Shown in pieces: positions 16,982-25,852 of a DNA stretch of 64,000 nt. The translations under genes were made by a program, and so were the position numbers. The stretch is taken from positions 4,193 through 68,192 of IMG/VR virus record IMGVR_UViG_3300021960_000059, one strand, 5' to 3'. Under the pieces are notes generated by a model. That model saw nothing but the letters and a program-made list of their open reading frames with translations. It had not been told where the DNA came from and made no database searches. Each line of letters opens with the position of its first letter. Within the stretch, counting starts at the first letter, position 1. Source of the stretch: a virus.

Positions 16982-18435
16982 GTCAACTCCTTCAGTTGCT
17001 TATTTACTTCTTCAAGTTCTTTCTGTGCTTCAATCATTTTTTGTTTATAAAGTACTCGTTCATTATACATCGTTTCCATCATTTCTGGCAAGAACCCTTG
17101 GCAATCTTTTCGATAGTAGAATCCATTGGCAGTCAAGCATTTGTCTTTGTCTATGGCATCGTCCCATTGATCAATCATTTTCATATCAACGATGTCGTCT
17201 ACTGTGATGTCTTCTTTCATATTGGGTATGAATGTGTCTGGACTGATGTTGTACTGCATGATCAAATGCGGATACAACGAGTTCAAGTCAAACGACATCA
17301 CCCAATTGTGCATCCCAACCTGTGGGTCTTTCACATACGCACCCGCATACTTGGAGTCCTTGCCTTGGAAATCCTTTGGCGGAATCACGATCTGTTGCTT
17401 GAGCAGGTAATTATGTATCAACACATCCCACATGCGTACTTGCGTGAAGACATCACCATAGTTTACTTGAGCATCGTAAGCAATCGTCAGTGCCTGTTCG
17501 ATGAGACGCATCTTATCCTCCAGTTTGTCAACCAACTCAACATCCTTGATGTTGTAGTCAATGAACTTCTGGTAATCTAACTTATACAGTTGGTGTAGTG
17601 TCTCCATCTCAGAGTAGTCGAGTTTATTCTCACCAAGTTCTACATAACCGATATGATCTAGTCGATACGACTCTTGTTGTGAGTATGTGAACTTTTTATA
17701 GAGTTGCATATAGTCAAGCACTGCGAGTCCAACTAATGTATACTCTTTTGATTCCTTACCAAAGTTGCCCTTAAAGGTTCGTTCTTGAATCCACTTCGCA
17801 GGGGATAGACGACGAGCATCTTTCTCACCGATCAGTTTTGTGATACGATTGATTAGATAAGGTATGTCGAATCCATCAACATTCCAACCAGTAACAATGT
17901 CAACATCAATGCGTTCCCAGAACTCAAGAAATACATCTAGGAGATGTCTTTCTCCACGACAATCCACGTAAGATACAGTATCACGAGTATTGTTATACTC
18001 ACCGACACCAAAAACAAAATATCTGCCATTGACCGAAACCGTAATTGCTGTAACAGGTTGGTTCGCTATCTCTGGATTGGGGAAACCTTCCTCACTACCA
18101 ACCTCAATATCAATGTTTGCTACTTTCACTACGTCGGGATCAAACTCTTTGCCGTAGTGTTCATTGAGACATGCATATGCCCAATTGGTTGAACCGTAGA
18201 TCTTAAAGTTATCTACTTCCTCATATCTAGACACAAAGTCTCGTGCCTCTTTAATTGATCCCAACTCCATCGGTTCGACAGGAGATCCAAGCACTGTCTT
18301 CCAAGTCGTCGGCCGACGAGATGGCACATAGAGGGTAGGTGAATAATCAATACGGTCTACAATGCGACGACCATTGTCGTAACCGCGAATGAAGACCGTA
18401 TCACCTTTGCTATAGAAGTTTGTATAAAATCTCAT
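16978..18435 (-). CDS. 43: DNA polymerase B, N-terminal subunit (gp43A; exonuclease plus motif A)
   Basis: DIEV ExoI, GWNVDGFD ExoII, YNIKD ExoIII, SFDLNSLYP. Confidence 0.95.
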   Translation of the reverse strand: MRFYTNFYSKGDTVFIRGYDNGRRIVDRIDYSPTLYVPSRRPTTWKTVLGSPVEPMELGSIKEARDFVSRYEEVDNFKIYGSTNWAYACLNEHYGKEFDPDVVKVANIDIEVGSEEGFPNPEIANQPVTAITVSVNGRYFVFGVGEYNNTRDTVSYVDCRGERHLLDVFLEFWERIDVDIVTGWNVDGFDIPYLINRITKLIGEKDARRLSPAKWIQERTFKGNFGKESKEYTLVGLAVLDYMQLYKKFTYSQQESYRLDHIGYVELGENKLDYSEMETLHQLYKLDYQKFIDYNIKDVELVDKLEDKMRLIEQALTIAYDAQVNYGDVFTQVRMWDVLIHNYLLKQQIVIPPKDFQGKDSKYAGAYVKDPQVGMHNWVMSFDLNSLYPHLIMQYNISPDTFIPNMKEDITVDDIVDMKMIDQWDDAIDKDKCLTANGFYYRKDCQGFLPEMMETMYNERVLYKQKMIEAQKELEEVNKQLKELT

Positions 18436-19031
18436 GCAGTAATTATATCATAGATCTCTTTCCAGTTCAAGACCCGTGTGACACCCTCACAAGTGATAAC
18501 ATCTGCGTTGTGTTCGTGGGCAACTAACAGTGCATCTAATCCTAACCGATCGCCAACATCTGCGTTTTCTGGTTTGTCTTCAACCCAGTAGCAATCAGTG
18601 CCACGGTACTCTTCCAATGCTTCATCTTTGTCAGCACCAGTATCAAGGTAGACATACCGTTCGAACACTGTAGGACCAAACAACTCAATCAAGTTTTTTG
18701 TCCGTAGATGCTGACTGTAAGGATCATCACTGAGACTTGTAATCGCATGGAATACATACCCATGTTCTTCGTGCAACTTTTTCACATACTTGATTGCGTC
18801 ACGTAGTGGAGGCAACTTCCGAATCTGTGCACTCTCGTTAAACATCCGTGTGAGACGTTTTCCTTCAGCACTTTCAATGCCGTAACGTTCGTTGATTTTG
18901 TAAACTGTTTCTTTACCTTCAACGACTGTGTAACCGTGACGAGTCATCCAACCGTGGAATGCATATTCCCAGTCGAGTAGAACCCCGTCGCAGTCGACGA
19001 GGATTGTTTTTTCTTTTGTTGCGTAAGTCAT
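18432..19031 (-). CDS. HAD-family 5'(3')-nucleotidase-like protein
   Basis: LVDCDGVLLDW motif I; WVEDK motif IV. Confidence 0.8.
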   Translation of the reverse strand: MTYATKEKTILVDCDGVLLDWEYAFHGWMTRHGYTVVEGKETVYKINERYGIESAEGKRLTRMFNESAQIRKLPPLRDAIKYVKKLHEEHGYVFHAITSLSDDPYSQHLRTKNLIELFGPTVFERYVYLDTGADKDEALEEYRGTDCYWVEDKPENADVGDRLGLDALLVAHEHNADVITCEGVTRVLNWKEIYDIITA

Positions 19032-19038
19032 ATATCTC

Positions 19039-19380
19039 CTAAAGGTAGTTGGCACCTGTCCACTGGACACGTGTGTTATCGAGGTCAAAGACGTTGCCTC
19101 GTGCTTTGTTTCGTGCAGGTTTGTTGTAACCCGCTGCCATCAGAATGTCACCTTTCTTGAAGAGTTTGTCATCATCAGTTGCAACGATGAAACCCCAAGC
19201 ACTGCGGTTCTGAAGGACTTTGATGTATTTGCGACCTTCGACGAACTCGATTTCTTCTTCATACTGTCGCATCATCTCTAAGTTGTGCTCGCTCAACTCA
19301 CCGTTGGCAACACGATTCGTCCAATCGTTGTAGTCAGCGATCATGCGGTCTTTAAGGTTTTGGATTGCTTCGTTCATCAT
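19039..19380 (-). CDS. Conserved early phage hypothetical protein
   Basis: GRKYIKV...GDILMAAG..KPA.NKARGN motif typical of T4-like early genes. Confidence 0.75.
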   Translation of the reverse strand: MMNEAIQNLKDRMIADYNDWTNRVANGELSEHNLEMMRQYEEEIEFVEGRKYIKVLQNRSAWGFIVATDDDKLFKKGDILMAAGYNKPARNKARGNVFDLDNTRVQWTGANYL

Positions 19381-19408
19381 GTTCTCTCTTCTCTCAATCA
19401 ACATAGGT

Positions 19409-19478
19409 AGTATATCAAATTGAGAGAAGAAGTCAACACTTTTTTGAATTTATTTTCACGTGAAATAACAAAGGGTTA
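19409..19478 (-). promoter_or_regulatory. Early promoter with upstream IHF-like site
   Basis: TTGACT-16 bp-TATACT; TAACAAAGGGTTA at 19466-19478. Confidence 0.7.
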
Positions 19479-19487
19479 GGCAACCAT

Positions 19488-19580
19488 TTAAGAAGTTACC
19501 TGATAGTTTCTACCCTGTTCAGCAGTAGGTGCTGTAAAGTTTGAAGTGTACTTTGCAGTACCAGTAATGAATAGAATCCT
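19488..19580 (-). pseudogene. Startless remnant of a LamG/tail-fibre-type C-terminus
   Basis: Reads ...FITGTAKYTSNFTAPTAEQGRNYQVTS*; in-frame stop upstream and no ATG. Confidence 0.45.
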
Positions 19581-19600
19581 ACAAGATTATTTTGTTTTAC

Positions 19601-19608
19601 TATTTATA
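19601..19608 (-). promoter_or_regulatory. T4-type late promoter
   Basis: TATAAATA. Confidence 0.6.
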
Positions 19609-20176
19609 ACACGAAACTCTCTGTCAATCCACTGTCACTATCATATTGCATTCTTAAATATTCCATTACACTTTCTGGTGATGATACTCCATATGGATCT
19701 GGATTGTCTTCAGTTGCATCTGGTTCTACAAACATTTTTTCAATCACACCGTTATCTACAACCATTGCGTATCGACGAGATCGTGTTCCAAAACCAACTG
19801 CAGACATATCAATGTCCATACCCATTCCTTTTGTAAACTCTGCGTTTCCGTCTGGAATAAAATCAATGTTCTTAACATTCTGATCAATCATCCATTTACG
19901 CATTACGAATGTATCGTTCACCGAGAGCACATAGATCTCATCAATGTTACCTATGTCTTCGCGAATCGTCCAATAGTTATCTTCAAACCCCGGAACTTGA
20001 TAAGTAGAGCAAGTGGGTGTAAACGCACCGGGTAGGGAAAATACCACCACTCGCCGATCCGAGAATAATTCCTTTGTCGTTAAATCTTGCCACTTGAATG
20101 GATTGTCCCCTCCGATAGATTCATCACGAACTCTCTTCTTGAAAGTCGTTTCCGGTACGCGCATTCCTTCTTTCAT
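19604..20176 (-). CDS. Peroxiredoxin (Prx5/redoxin family)
   Basis: LPGAFTPTCS, SVND.FVM, DGN.EF, RSRRYAM. Confidence 0.92.
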   Translation of the reverse strand: MKEGMRVPETTFKKRVRDESIGGDNPFKWQDLTTKELFSDRRVVVFSLPGAFTPTCSTYQVPGFEDNYWTIREDIGNIDEIYVLSVNDTFVMRKWMIDQNVKNIDFIPDGNAEFTKGMGMDIDMSAVGFGTRSRRYAMVVDNGVIEKMFVEPDATEDNPDPYGVSSPESVMEYLRMQYDSDSGLTESFVL

Positions 20177-20279
20177 TTAATTCCTCTTGTATAATTTTTT
20201 GTTCAAGTTTACCTGCCTTCTTGCTTTTGTGTTTAGATTCTGCTTTAAGCAATTTAAGCCACAACTTCTTTAATGACAT
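20124..20279 (-). CDS. Small basic peptide (51 aa), not in the ORF track
   Basis: MSLKKLWLKLLKAESKHKSKK...; start overlaps upstream stop. Confidence 0.45.
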   Translation of the reverse strand: MSLKKLWLKLLKAESKHKSKKAGKLEQKIIQEELNERRNARTGNDFQEESS

Positions 20280-20380
20280 TATTTCTTCAATTTCTTTGCA
20301 AAGTCAATGATTCCGTCAAGTTTCCACCTGACAATCCAACCGAGTGCAAACCCTAAAACAAATCCGAGTGTCATAAACAT
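20279..20380 (-). CDS. Small single-TM membrane peptide (33 aa), not in the ORF track
   Basis: MFMTLGFVLGFALGWIVRWKLDGIIDFAKKLKK; coupled to the M15 gene stop. Confidence 0.6.
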   Translation of the reverse strand: MFMTLGFVLGFALGWIVRWKLDGIIDFAKKLKK

Positions 20381-20844
20381 TATACGTTAATCCCTTCAGA
20401 ATAAGTTGTCTTGCCATCGATACGTGCGGCAGTCAGAACTGACTTACGGTTATCACCATCTGCTTTGTATGATACATGCACCCAACCAGAATCAGGAATG
20501 CCCGGTGTGTAGAACTCAAGAATCAACTGATCGAACTCAAGGTTGTCACGAATCCATTCTGCTAGTTCTCCGTTTGGGACTCCGGGGACTTCGATGTCTG
20601 CCGCTTCTCCTTTGCAATGTTGGGACTTACTGCTTCCACCAACAGCATCATTAAGAGCAGGACTACGATACCCGGAATTAAGAACAGTAGGACCAAAATG
20701 GTCACGAACTGGTTGAACAACATTTTCAAAAAGTGCCATTGCCGCATCGAGATGATCTCCTTCTGGAGTGTTATCAATTCCCTTGCGTTCTGCAGTTTGG
20801 GACTTAGTAAATTCTGCTAAACTAAAATTTTTGGATAGTTTCAT
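20380..20844 (-). CDS. Peptidase M15A (endolysin-like)
   Basis: SGYRS..LN.AVGG...SQH..GEAAD, WVHVS. Confidence 0.9.
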   Translation of the reverse strand: MKLSKNFSLAEFTKSQTAERKGIDNTPEGDHLDAAMALFENVVQPVRDHFGPTVLNSGYRSPALNDAVGGSSKSQHCKGEAADIEVPGVPNGELAEWIRDNLEFDQLILEFYTPGIPDSGWVHVSYKADGDNRKSVLTAARIDGKTTYSEGINV

Positions 20845-20864
20845 ATTATCTCCTACGATTAGAA

Positions 20865-20882
20865 AGGGGACTTTCGTCCCCT
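20865..20882 (-). terminator. Rho-independent terminator-like hairpin
   Basis: GGGGAC-GAAA-GTCCCC-TTT. Confidence 0.7.
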
Positions 20883-20886
20883 CTAT

Positions 20887-21327
20887 TTAGTCTTTGATTT
20901 CAATTTGTTTACATTGAGATTCGGGGATGAGTCGATCTAATGTGATCCTTAACAGACCATTAATCATCTCTGCGTTCTTGACTTCAACCGAGTCGTTAAG
21001 TGTAAACATACGAGTGAATGGACGTAATGCCAACCCGTGATAAAGAGTGTCGACATCTTTTTCGTCATTCTCAGCATTGCCCTTGACGACCAGTTTATCG
21101 CCTTCCGTTTCGATAGTAAGATCGGACTTACCGAATCCTGCGACTGCCATTTCGATGACATACTGATTCTCCGCAGTTTTCTTAATATTGAATGGAGGAT
21201 AGTTAGGAATGTTTTTTGTTGCTGTGTCGTGAAACTTTTGCATTTCATCGAACATTTTGTCGTAACCGACAAAGAATTGATCAAACCCCTTCGGGAATGT
21301 TACACCAAATTTTTCAATTGCACCCAT
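20887..21327 (-). CDS. Small heat-shock protein Hsp20
   Basis: NYPPFNI, EMAVAGF, A.M.NGLL.I.L. Confidence 0.92.
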   Translation of the reverse strand: MGAIEKFGVTFPKGFDQFFVGYDKMFDEMQKFHDTATKNIPNYPPFNIKKTAENQYVIEMAVAGFGKSDLTIETEGDKLVVKGNAENDEKDVDTLYHGLALRPFTRMFTLNDSVEVKNAEMINGLLRITLDRLIPESQCKQIEIKD

Positions 21328-21383
21328 AGTGCTTTCTCCTTTATTAAGCAAGTTTAAGTTTTGCATCCTTTCGGCATGCATTA

Positions 21384-21758
21384 TTATCCCTTGACGATAC
21401 TCGTCAAGTCTGGTTGAAAATAGTTTGGTCCTTTCATGACCTTACCATCTTCTCTGTAAATTGGATCACCGTTGTGATCTAACTTACTCATATTGGACTC
21501 CTGCACCTCTTGGAAACATTTGTCCAAATCAATACCGAATGCGTGACCTGCACCATATGTGACATACAAAATGTCAGTTAGTGCATCGGCAACCTCTACA
21601 ATATCAGCATTGCCTATTGCTTCACGCAATTCGTTCAATTCTTCTTGAATTAATTCAAGTCGTAATGCTATAGTTTCGTTGTCTGGGAACTCTGCTTCCT
21701 TTTTGACCTCTTGCCCAAAGGTGCTCATAAACAGACCAACGTCTTCAAAATTACTCAT
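21384..21758 (-). CDS. MazG-like NTP pyrophosphohydrolase
   Basis: LIQEELNE...EVADALTDILYV..SNMSK..DGKVMKGPNY. Confidence 0.88.
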   Translation of the reverse strand: MSNFEDVGLFMSTFGQEVKKEAEFPDNETIALRLELIQEELNELREAIGNADIVEVADALTDILYVTYGAGHAFGIDLDKCFQEVQESNMSKLDHNGDPIYREDGKVMKGPNYFQPDLTSIVKG

Positions 21759-21760
21759 AA

Positions 21761-22150
21761 CTATTTTTTCTTTCCTATATTATATTTAGCAACCAAATTC
21801 CATTCGTCTTTCTCGCGGTGCGGTAAAATTTTAATTTGCGATAATGGTGTCACAGGTTCTGCTGATTTATTTTTATCGATCAATTCAACTAACCCCCATT
21901 CTGAAATCAAGTTCGCAATTGTGTTTCTACGACCTCGATCATCTTCTCCAAAGTTGCTTGGTTTTCCATCTAACGCAAATAGTTCTTTAAAATGCACGAT
22001 GTAGTATCTTCCTTGTTTATGAAGAATGTGACATGATTGATAAATTGTTTTGTCTTTTCTCGATGCGACACCGATGCGAGTCAAGGTCTCGCGAATCTTG
22101 AGGAAGTCGTCATCATTATTGATCCGAACCTCAATAAGAGTTTCAAGCAT
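21761..22150 (-). CDS. regA: Translational repressor RegA
   Basis: DDFLKIRETLTRIG, QSCHILHKQGRYYIVHFKELF. Confidence 0.96.
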   Translation of the reverse strand: MLETLIEVRINNDDDFLKIRETLTRIGVASRKDKTIYQSCHILHKQGRYYIVHFKELFALDGKPSNFGEDDRGRRNTIANLISEWGLVELIDKNKSAEPVTPLSQIKILPHREKDEWNLVAKYNIGKKK

Positions 22151-22538
22151 TTCTTCCACCTTTTTCAAGTCTTTTTCTTATTAGAAGAATCTGTTCATCA
22201 GTTAATGTGGTGAGTGCTTGCAATGCTTTAGAGTCGCCATAACCAAAGTATTCTTTGATTGCGGCAAGGTCACCGTGATCTTCTTTCTTATCCCACTTCG
22301 CATACCGCTTCTTGGGTCTTACACTATTTAGTAAAAACTCATATTGCAGTGCGTTGTCAAGATTAGACCTTTGGTTCATCTCATTAGCAAGACCAACCGT
22401 GTCATGGTGATATGATAATGCTCGATTGGTGAGGAAAGGATTGTATCCCTTCTCTGCCAATTGATCGTTCTCAGTTCCTCGCATGAGGTTTTTCTTGGTT
22501 TGGTTGATAGAGTTTACATAGTCAAATGGATTACTCAT
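22143..22538 (-). CDS. 62: Clamp loader small subunit gp62
   Basis: YNPFLTNRALS, EYFGY; synteny with 44 and regA. Confidence 0.92.
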   Translation of the reverse strand: MSNPFDYVNSINQTKKNLMRGTENDQLAEKGYNPFLTNRALSYHHDTVGLANEMNQRSNLDNALQYEFLLNSVRPKKRYAKWDKKEDHGDLAAIKEYFGYGDSKALQALTTLTDEQILLIRKRLEKGGRNA

Positions 22539-23475
22539 TCCACTCCACCTCTACCATCAACTCAGTCAGCATTGCCATTAGATTGATCTCTTGATCAACG
22601 ACAAATGCAGACTTGTATTGATAGTCCGCAAGTGTGACAACCACTTGAGGAATACTTTGTGGTTGGACATACTCACTCATCGAGTCGTAGAGTTTACGAA
22701 AGATTGCTGAGGTGTCACCATCTACATTCTGTGCGACCCACTTACGAACATTAGTGAACTCTTTGTTGCGGAGTCCATCGATGAGTTGCTTAATGTTGAC
22801 ATCCTCAAAATTGACGAGGATGCCCGCATCGATCTTGCCAGTCACAGAGTATCGTTGTAATTCGTTGAGCACTCGACGATTGTCGGGAAAGAACTTCTTA
22901 ACAACTTCTGCGACTACCTTGTTGTCAAACTCGATGTTCTCTTTCTCAAGAATCTCTTTGGATCGCTTGTACATCTGAGATGCCATTGTGGTTCTCTCTT
23001 CTTTAGGAAGTTTGAACTCAATGACTGAACATCGAGAGTGTAGTGGTGCGATGATCTTATTGACAAAGTTGCAGGTTAGGATGAATCCACAGTTACGAGA
23101 ATACTCTTCCATAAAGTTACGCAGTGCAGGTTGCACCGTGTCAGCATTTAGGTAATCTGCCTCATCTAGGATGACATACTTGCGTCCACCACTCAACGAC
23201 ACCGATGATGCAAAGTTTTTGATCTTCGTTCTAAGGGTATCGATGAGTCGACCCTCATCAGAACCATTGATGACAATGTAGTCGCAACCCAATTCTTCAA
23301 GGATTGCTTTAGCAACCGTAGTCTTACCAATACCCGCAGAACCCGATAGTAAGAGATTCGGTACATTGCCTTGCTCCACAAAGGTCTGAAATGTTTGCTG
23401 TAACTCAGACGGTAGGATTGTCGTTGCTACAGTTTTAGGACGATATTTCTCCACCCATAGAAAGTCTTCGCGCAT
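22531..23475 (-). CDS. 44: Clamp loader large subunit gp44
   Basis: LWVEKYRP, GIGKTT, ILDEAD, SRC. Confidence 0.96.
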   Translation of the reverse strand: MREDFLWVEKYRPKTVATTILPSELQQTFQTFVEQGNVPNLLLSGSAGIGKTTVAKAILEELGCDYIVINGSDEGRLIDTLRTKIKNFASSVSLSGGRKYVILDEADYLNADTVQPALRNFMEEYSRNCGFILTCNFVNKIIAPLHSRCSVIEFKLPKEERTTMASQMYKRSKEILEKENIEFDNKVVAEVVKKFFPDNRRVLNELQRYSVTGKIDAGILVNFEDVNIKQLIDGLRNKEFTNVRKWVAQNVDGDTSAIFRKLYDSMSEYVQPQSIPQVVVTLADYQYKSAFVVDQEINLMAMLTELMVEVEWNE

Positions 23476-23486
23476 GTTCACTCCAA

Positions 23487-24029
23487 TCATAATATAGCAT
23501 AAATGTCTCTTGATTCAGTATACACTAAGTATCCTTGTGACTCAAGAATTCTTTTCATGTTCTTGTCATCAATATGCCAGTGTTCAAGTTTGATGAACAT
23601 GGGTTTAATTTTCCAAGAATAGGACTCAATAATATTTGTTTCGTGTCCTTCAACATCAAGTTTCAAAAAGTCTATTTTTTCTATGCCATACTGATCAATT
23701 AAAGTATCGAGAGTCATACAAGGAAATTTATATTTACCTTTTACAAATCCTTGGTTTGCGCGCATCTCAAGGAGTTTAGTCCCTTTATGATTTTTACTTG
23801 CGACATGGGAAATTCCTTTAACCCAATCATCTCCTTCAGAAACATAGAAGTCAATTTCCCCATCATAGTCGGTCACAACAGTATTAATAACTGTGAGATT
23901 TTCATGAGTAGGTAAGGACATAGCAATCTCAGGTACTGCCTCTACCATAATCCCACTCCATCCATTTTTTAACAGGGGGAAGCAAGTATCAAAATCACAA
24001 GAACCTATCTCTAAAAAAAACTTACTCAA
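23487..24029 (-). CDS. FkbM-family methyltransferase
   Basis: FLEIGS, GWSGIMVE, IDFLKLDVEGHE; inserted between 45 and 44; probable TTG start. Confidence 0.8.
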   Translation of the reverse strand: MSKFFLEIGSCDFDTCFPLLKNGWSGIMVEAVPEIAMSLPTHENLTVINTVVTDYDGEIDFYVSEGDDWVKGISHVASKNHKGTKLLEMRANQGFVKGKYKFPCMTLDTLIDQYGIEKIDFLKLDVEGHETNIIESYSWKIKPMFIKLEHWHIDDKNMKRILESQGYLVYTESRDIYAIL

Positions 24030-24684
24030 AAGTTGAACCTGCTTCTGTTGCAACCCAATACTGAACACTATCGCTTTTGAAGTGTGCAATGCCAGACTTA
24101 GAGATGCTCAGTGTGTAGTCGTTTGAAATAAACTTGAGGTTCTCGATCTTAAAGATGAACTTAAACGATGCATCAGTGTCTGTATCGGACGAGATCGCAA
24201 ACTCATTTGATGATGGGTTTTTGGTGTCAGTAGCAACCAACGAGACCTTACCATCTCGATTCGTGACAACCACCTCTGGCAGTCCCAACTGGTTTGCACC
24301 ATTGAGAATCTGACGATAGTTTGCCTTGCTCATTTCAAACTGAACTTCCACTGAAGGGAGTTCGATGTTCTTCTCTGGAGGTGTAGTGATCATGCTTGGA
24401 TCTGCGTAGGTGTAGTTTGCCTTTGACGATCCTTCCTGAAGTGTCACTTGACGATCACCAAAGTCAAAGTCTGCTTCTTCAAACAGAGAGGATAATCCAA
24501 GGAACTGGTTCAATTCATAGATTGCAAAGTCTACTGGGAATGCCTCTGGCACTGTTGCTTGTGCCAGAATGGTCTTTTGCTCTGAGACTGTACGAATCGT
24601 ACTGCCTTTCTTAAATGCCAATGACTGATTGATGGTGCTAAAATTCTTTAACACATCAAATGTCGTATCACTGATCTTCATCAT
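24022..24684 (-). CDS. 45: Sliding clamp gp45
   Basis: LKNFSTINQS, FAIYELNQFL, YWVATE. Confidence 0.95.
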   Translation of the reverse strand: MMKISDTTFDVLKNFSTINQSLAFKKGSTIRTVSEQKTILAQATVPEAFPVDFAIYELNQFLGLSSLFEEADFDFGDRQVTLQEGSSKANYTYADPSMITTPPEKNIELPSVEVQFEMSKANYRQILNGANQLGLPEVVVTNRDGKVSLVATDTKNPSSNEFAISSDTDTDASFKFIFKIENLKFISNDYTLSISKSGIAHFKSDSVQYWVATEAGSTFE

Positions 24685-24964
24685 TTACTTCTCCATCACG
24701 GTTATTCAAATCATGTACATGTAGTTGGATTATAGCATAGTGTAACACTTTAAGCAAGTCAGCACGATTGTATCCATTCTTTTTACCGTACCGTTGTGCA
24801 TACTTGAGAATGTTTCCAATACAGAATCCATCACCATGACCACTGTCTATAATGAACTCTGTTGCTTGGAACTTGTTCTTGCTGTAATGCTCACCATAAG
24901 TACCCTCAATATACTTGAACAATTCCTTGAGGTACTTGTCTTCATCATAACGAAATTTATTCAC
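24668..24964 (-). CDS. DUF3310-like conserved protein
   Basis: HYS..GF.IGNILKYAQRYGKK.G...DLLK. Confidence 0.75.
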   Translation of the reverse strand: MNKFRYDEDKYLKELFKYIEGTYGEHYSKNKFQATEFIIDSGHGDGFCIGNILKYAQRYGKKNGYNRADLLKVLHYAIIQLHVHDLNNRDGEVNDEDQ

Positions 24965-25825
24965 TTACTTTTTCATCCTAGAAATTTTATCCGGATCTGC
25001 TGTCGCACTTGCATTAATCTGTGCTAGATCAGTTAAAGAACCACCAAAGGTATATGAACCAGTGTGTAATAGTTTCATCCAAGGACACATCCAAGTATCA
25101 ACTCCGACTTTCTGCATCCACTGGCAGAACATATAATCTTCTGACAAATACCGTTTTGACTTCTCGTCAATCAATGCTTGGAAGTACATCATGATTTCAC
25201 GAGTACCATCAAAGTGCTTGGTGCGGACATGATCTGGCAGATAAGAATACTCTGGATATGCTTCATCGAATTTCTTGAATGCATATTTGTCAATCATCAT
25301 AAACCCAGTTCCACCTTCAAGAACTTTTACTGGTTCATCAAGACGAACTTCTCGTTGACCTTGTGCAGGATTGAATACAAAATCTCCAACATACCTTTCT
25401 AAGTTGTTGGGGTTCTCATCTGCAAATCCCTTCTCCACTGCGTGTTTGATTTTTTCCCACGCGATTGTTTTTTTAGGATAAGGTCCACACATAATGTGCT
25501 TATCATTTTCTGGATCTGTGTGATCCATTAATGCCAACATCGACAATACATCATTTGGATCAAATCCAATATCAGAGTCGATAAACATTAAGTGAGTATA
25601 GTCCGATCGCAGAAATTCATCTACACAGTAATTTCGTGCTCTTGTAATTAAAGACTCGTTAAACAGATAGAAAAACTTCACATCAATTTGATAGTGAGCA
25701 CACATTTTTGCAAGATCTGCAGTCGACTTGGTATACATACCGTGACAGTTACCACCGTACATAGGAGTTGCGACAAAAACTTTTCGTTTTCTAAGATCTT
25801 CTACTTTAACTTCTAGTTCCATCAT
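24965..25825 (-). CDS. GT-A glycosyltransferase-like protein
   Basis: ATPMYGG, ESLITRARN, HLMFIDSDIGF (DxD), GTGFM, YLSEDY.FC. Confidence 0.7.
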   Translation of the reverse strand: MMELEVKVEDLRKRKVFVATPMYGGNCHGMYTKSTADLAKMCAHYQIDVKFFYLFNESLITRARNYCVDEFLRSDYTHLMFIDSDIGFDPNDVLSMLALMDHTDPENDKHIMCGPYPKKTIAWEKIKHAVEKGFADENPNNLERYVGDFVFNPAQGQREVRLDEPVKVLEGGTGFMMIDKYAFKKFDEAYPEYSYLPDHVRTKHFDGTREIMMYFQALIDEKSKRYLSEDYMFCQWMQKVGVDTWMCPWMKLLHTGSYTFGGSLTDLAQINASATADPDKISRMKK

Positions 25826-25852
25826 TCACCTTATTTTTGAATACTATAATAC

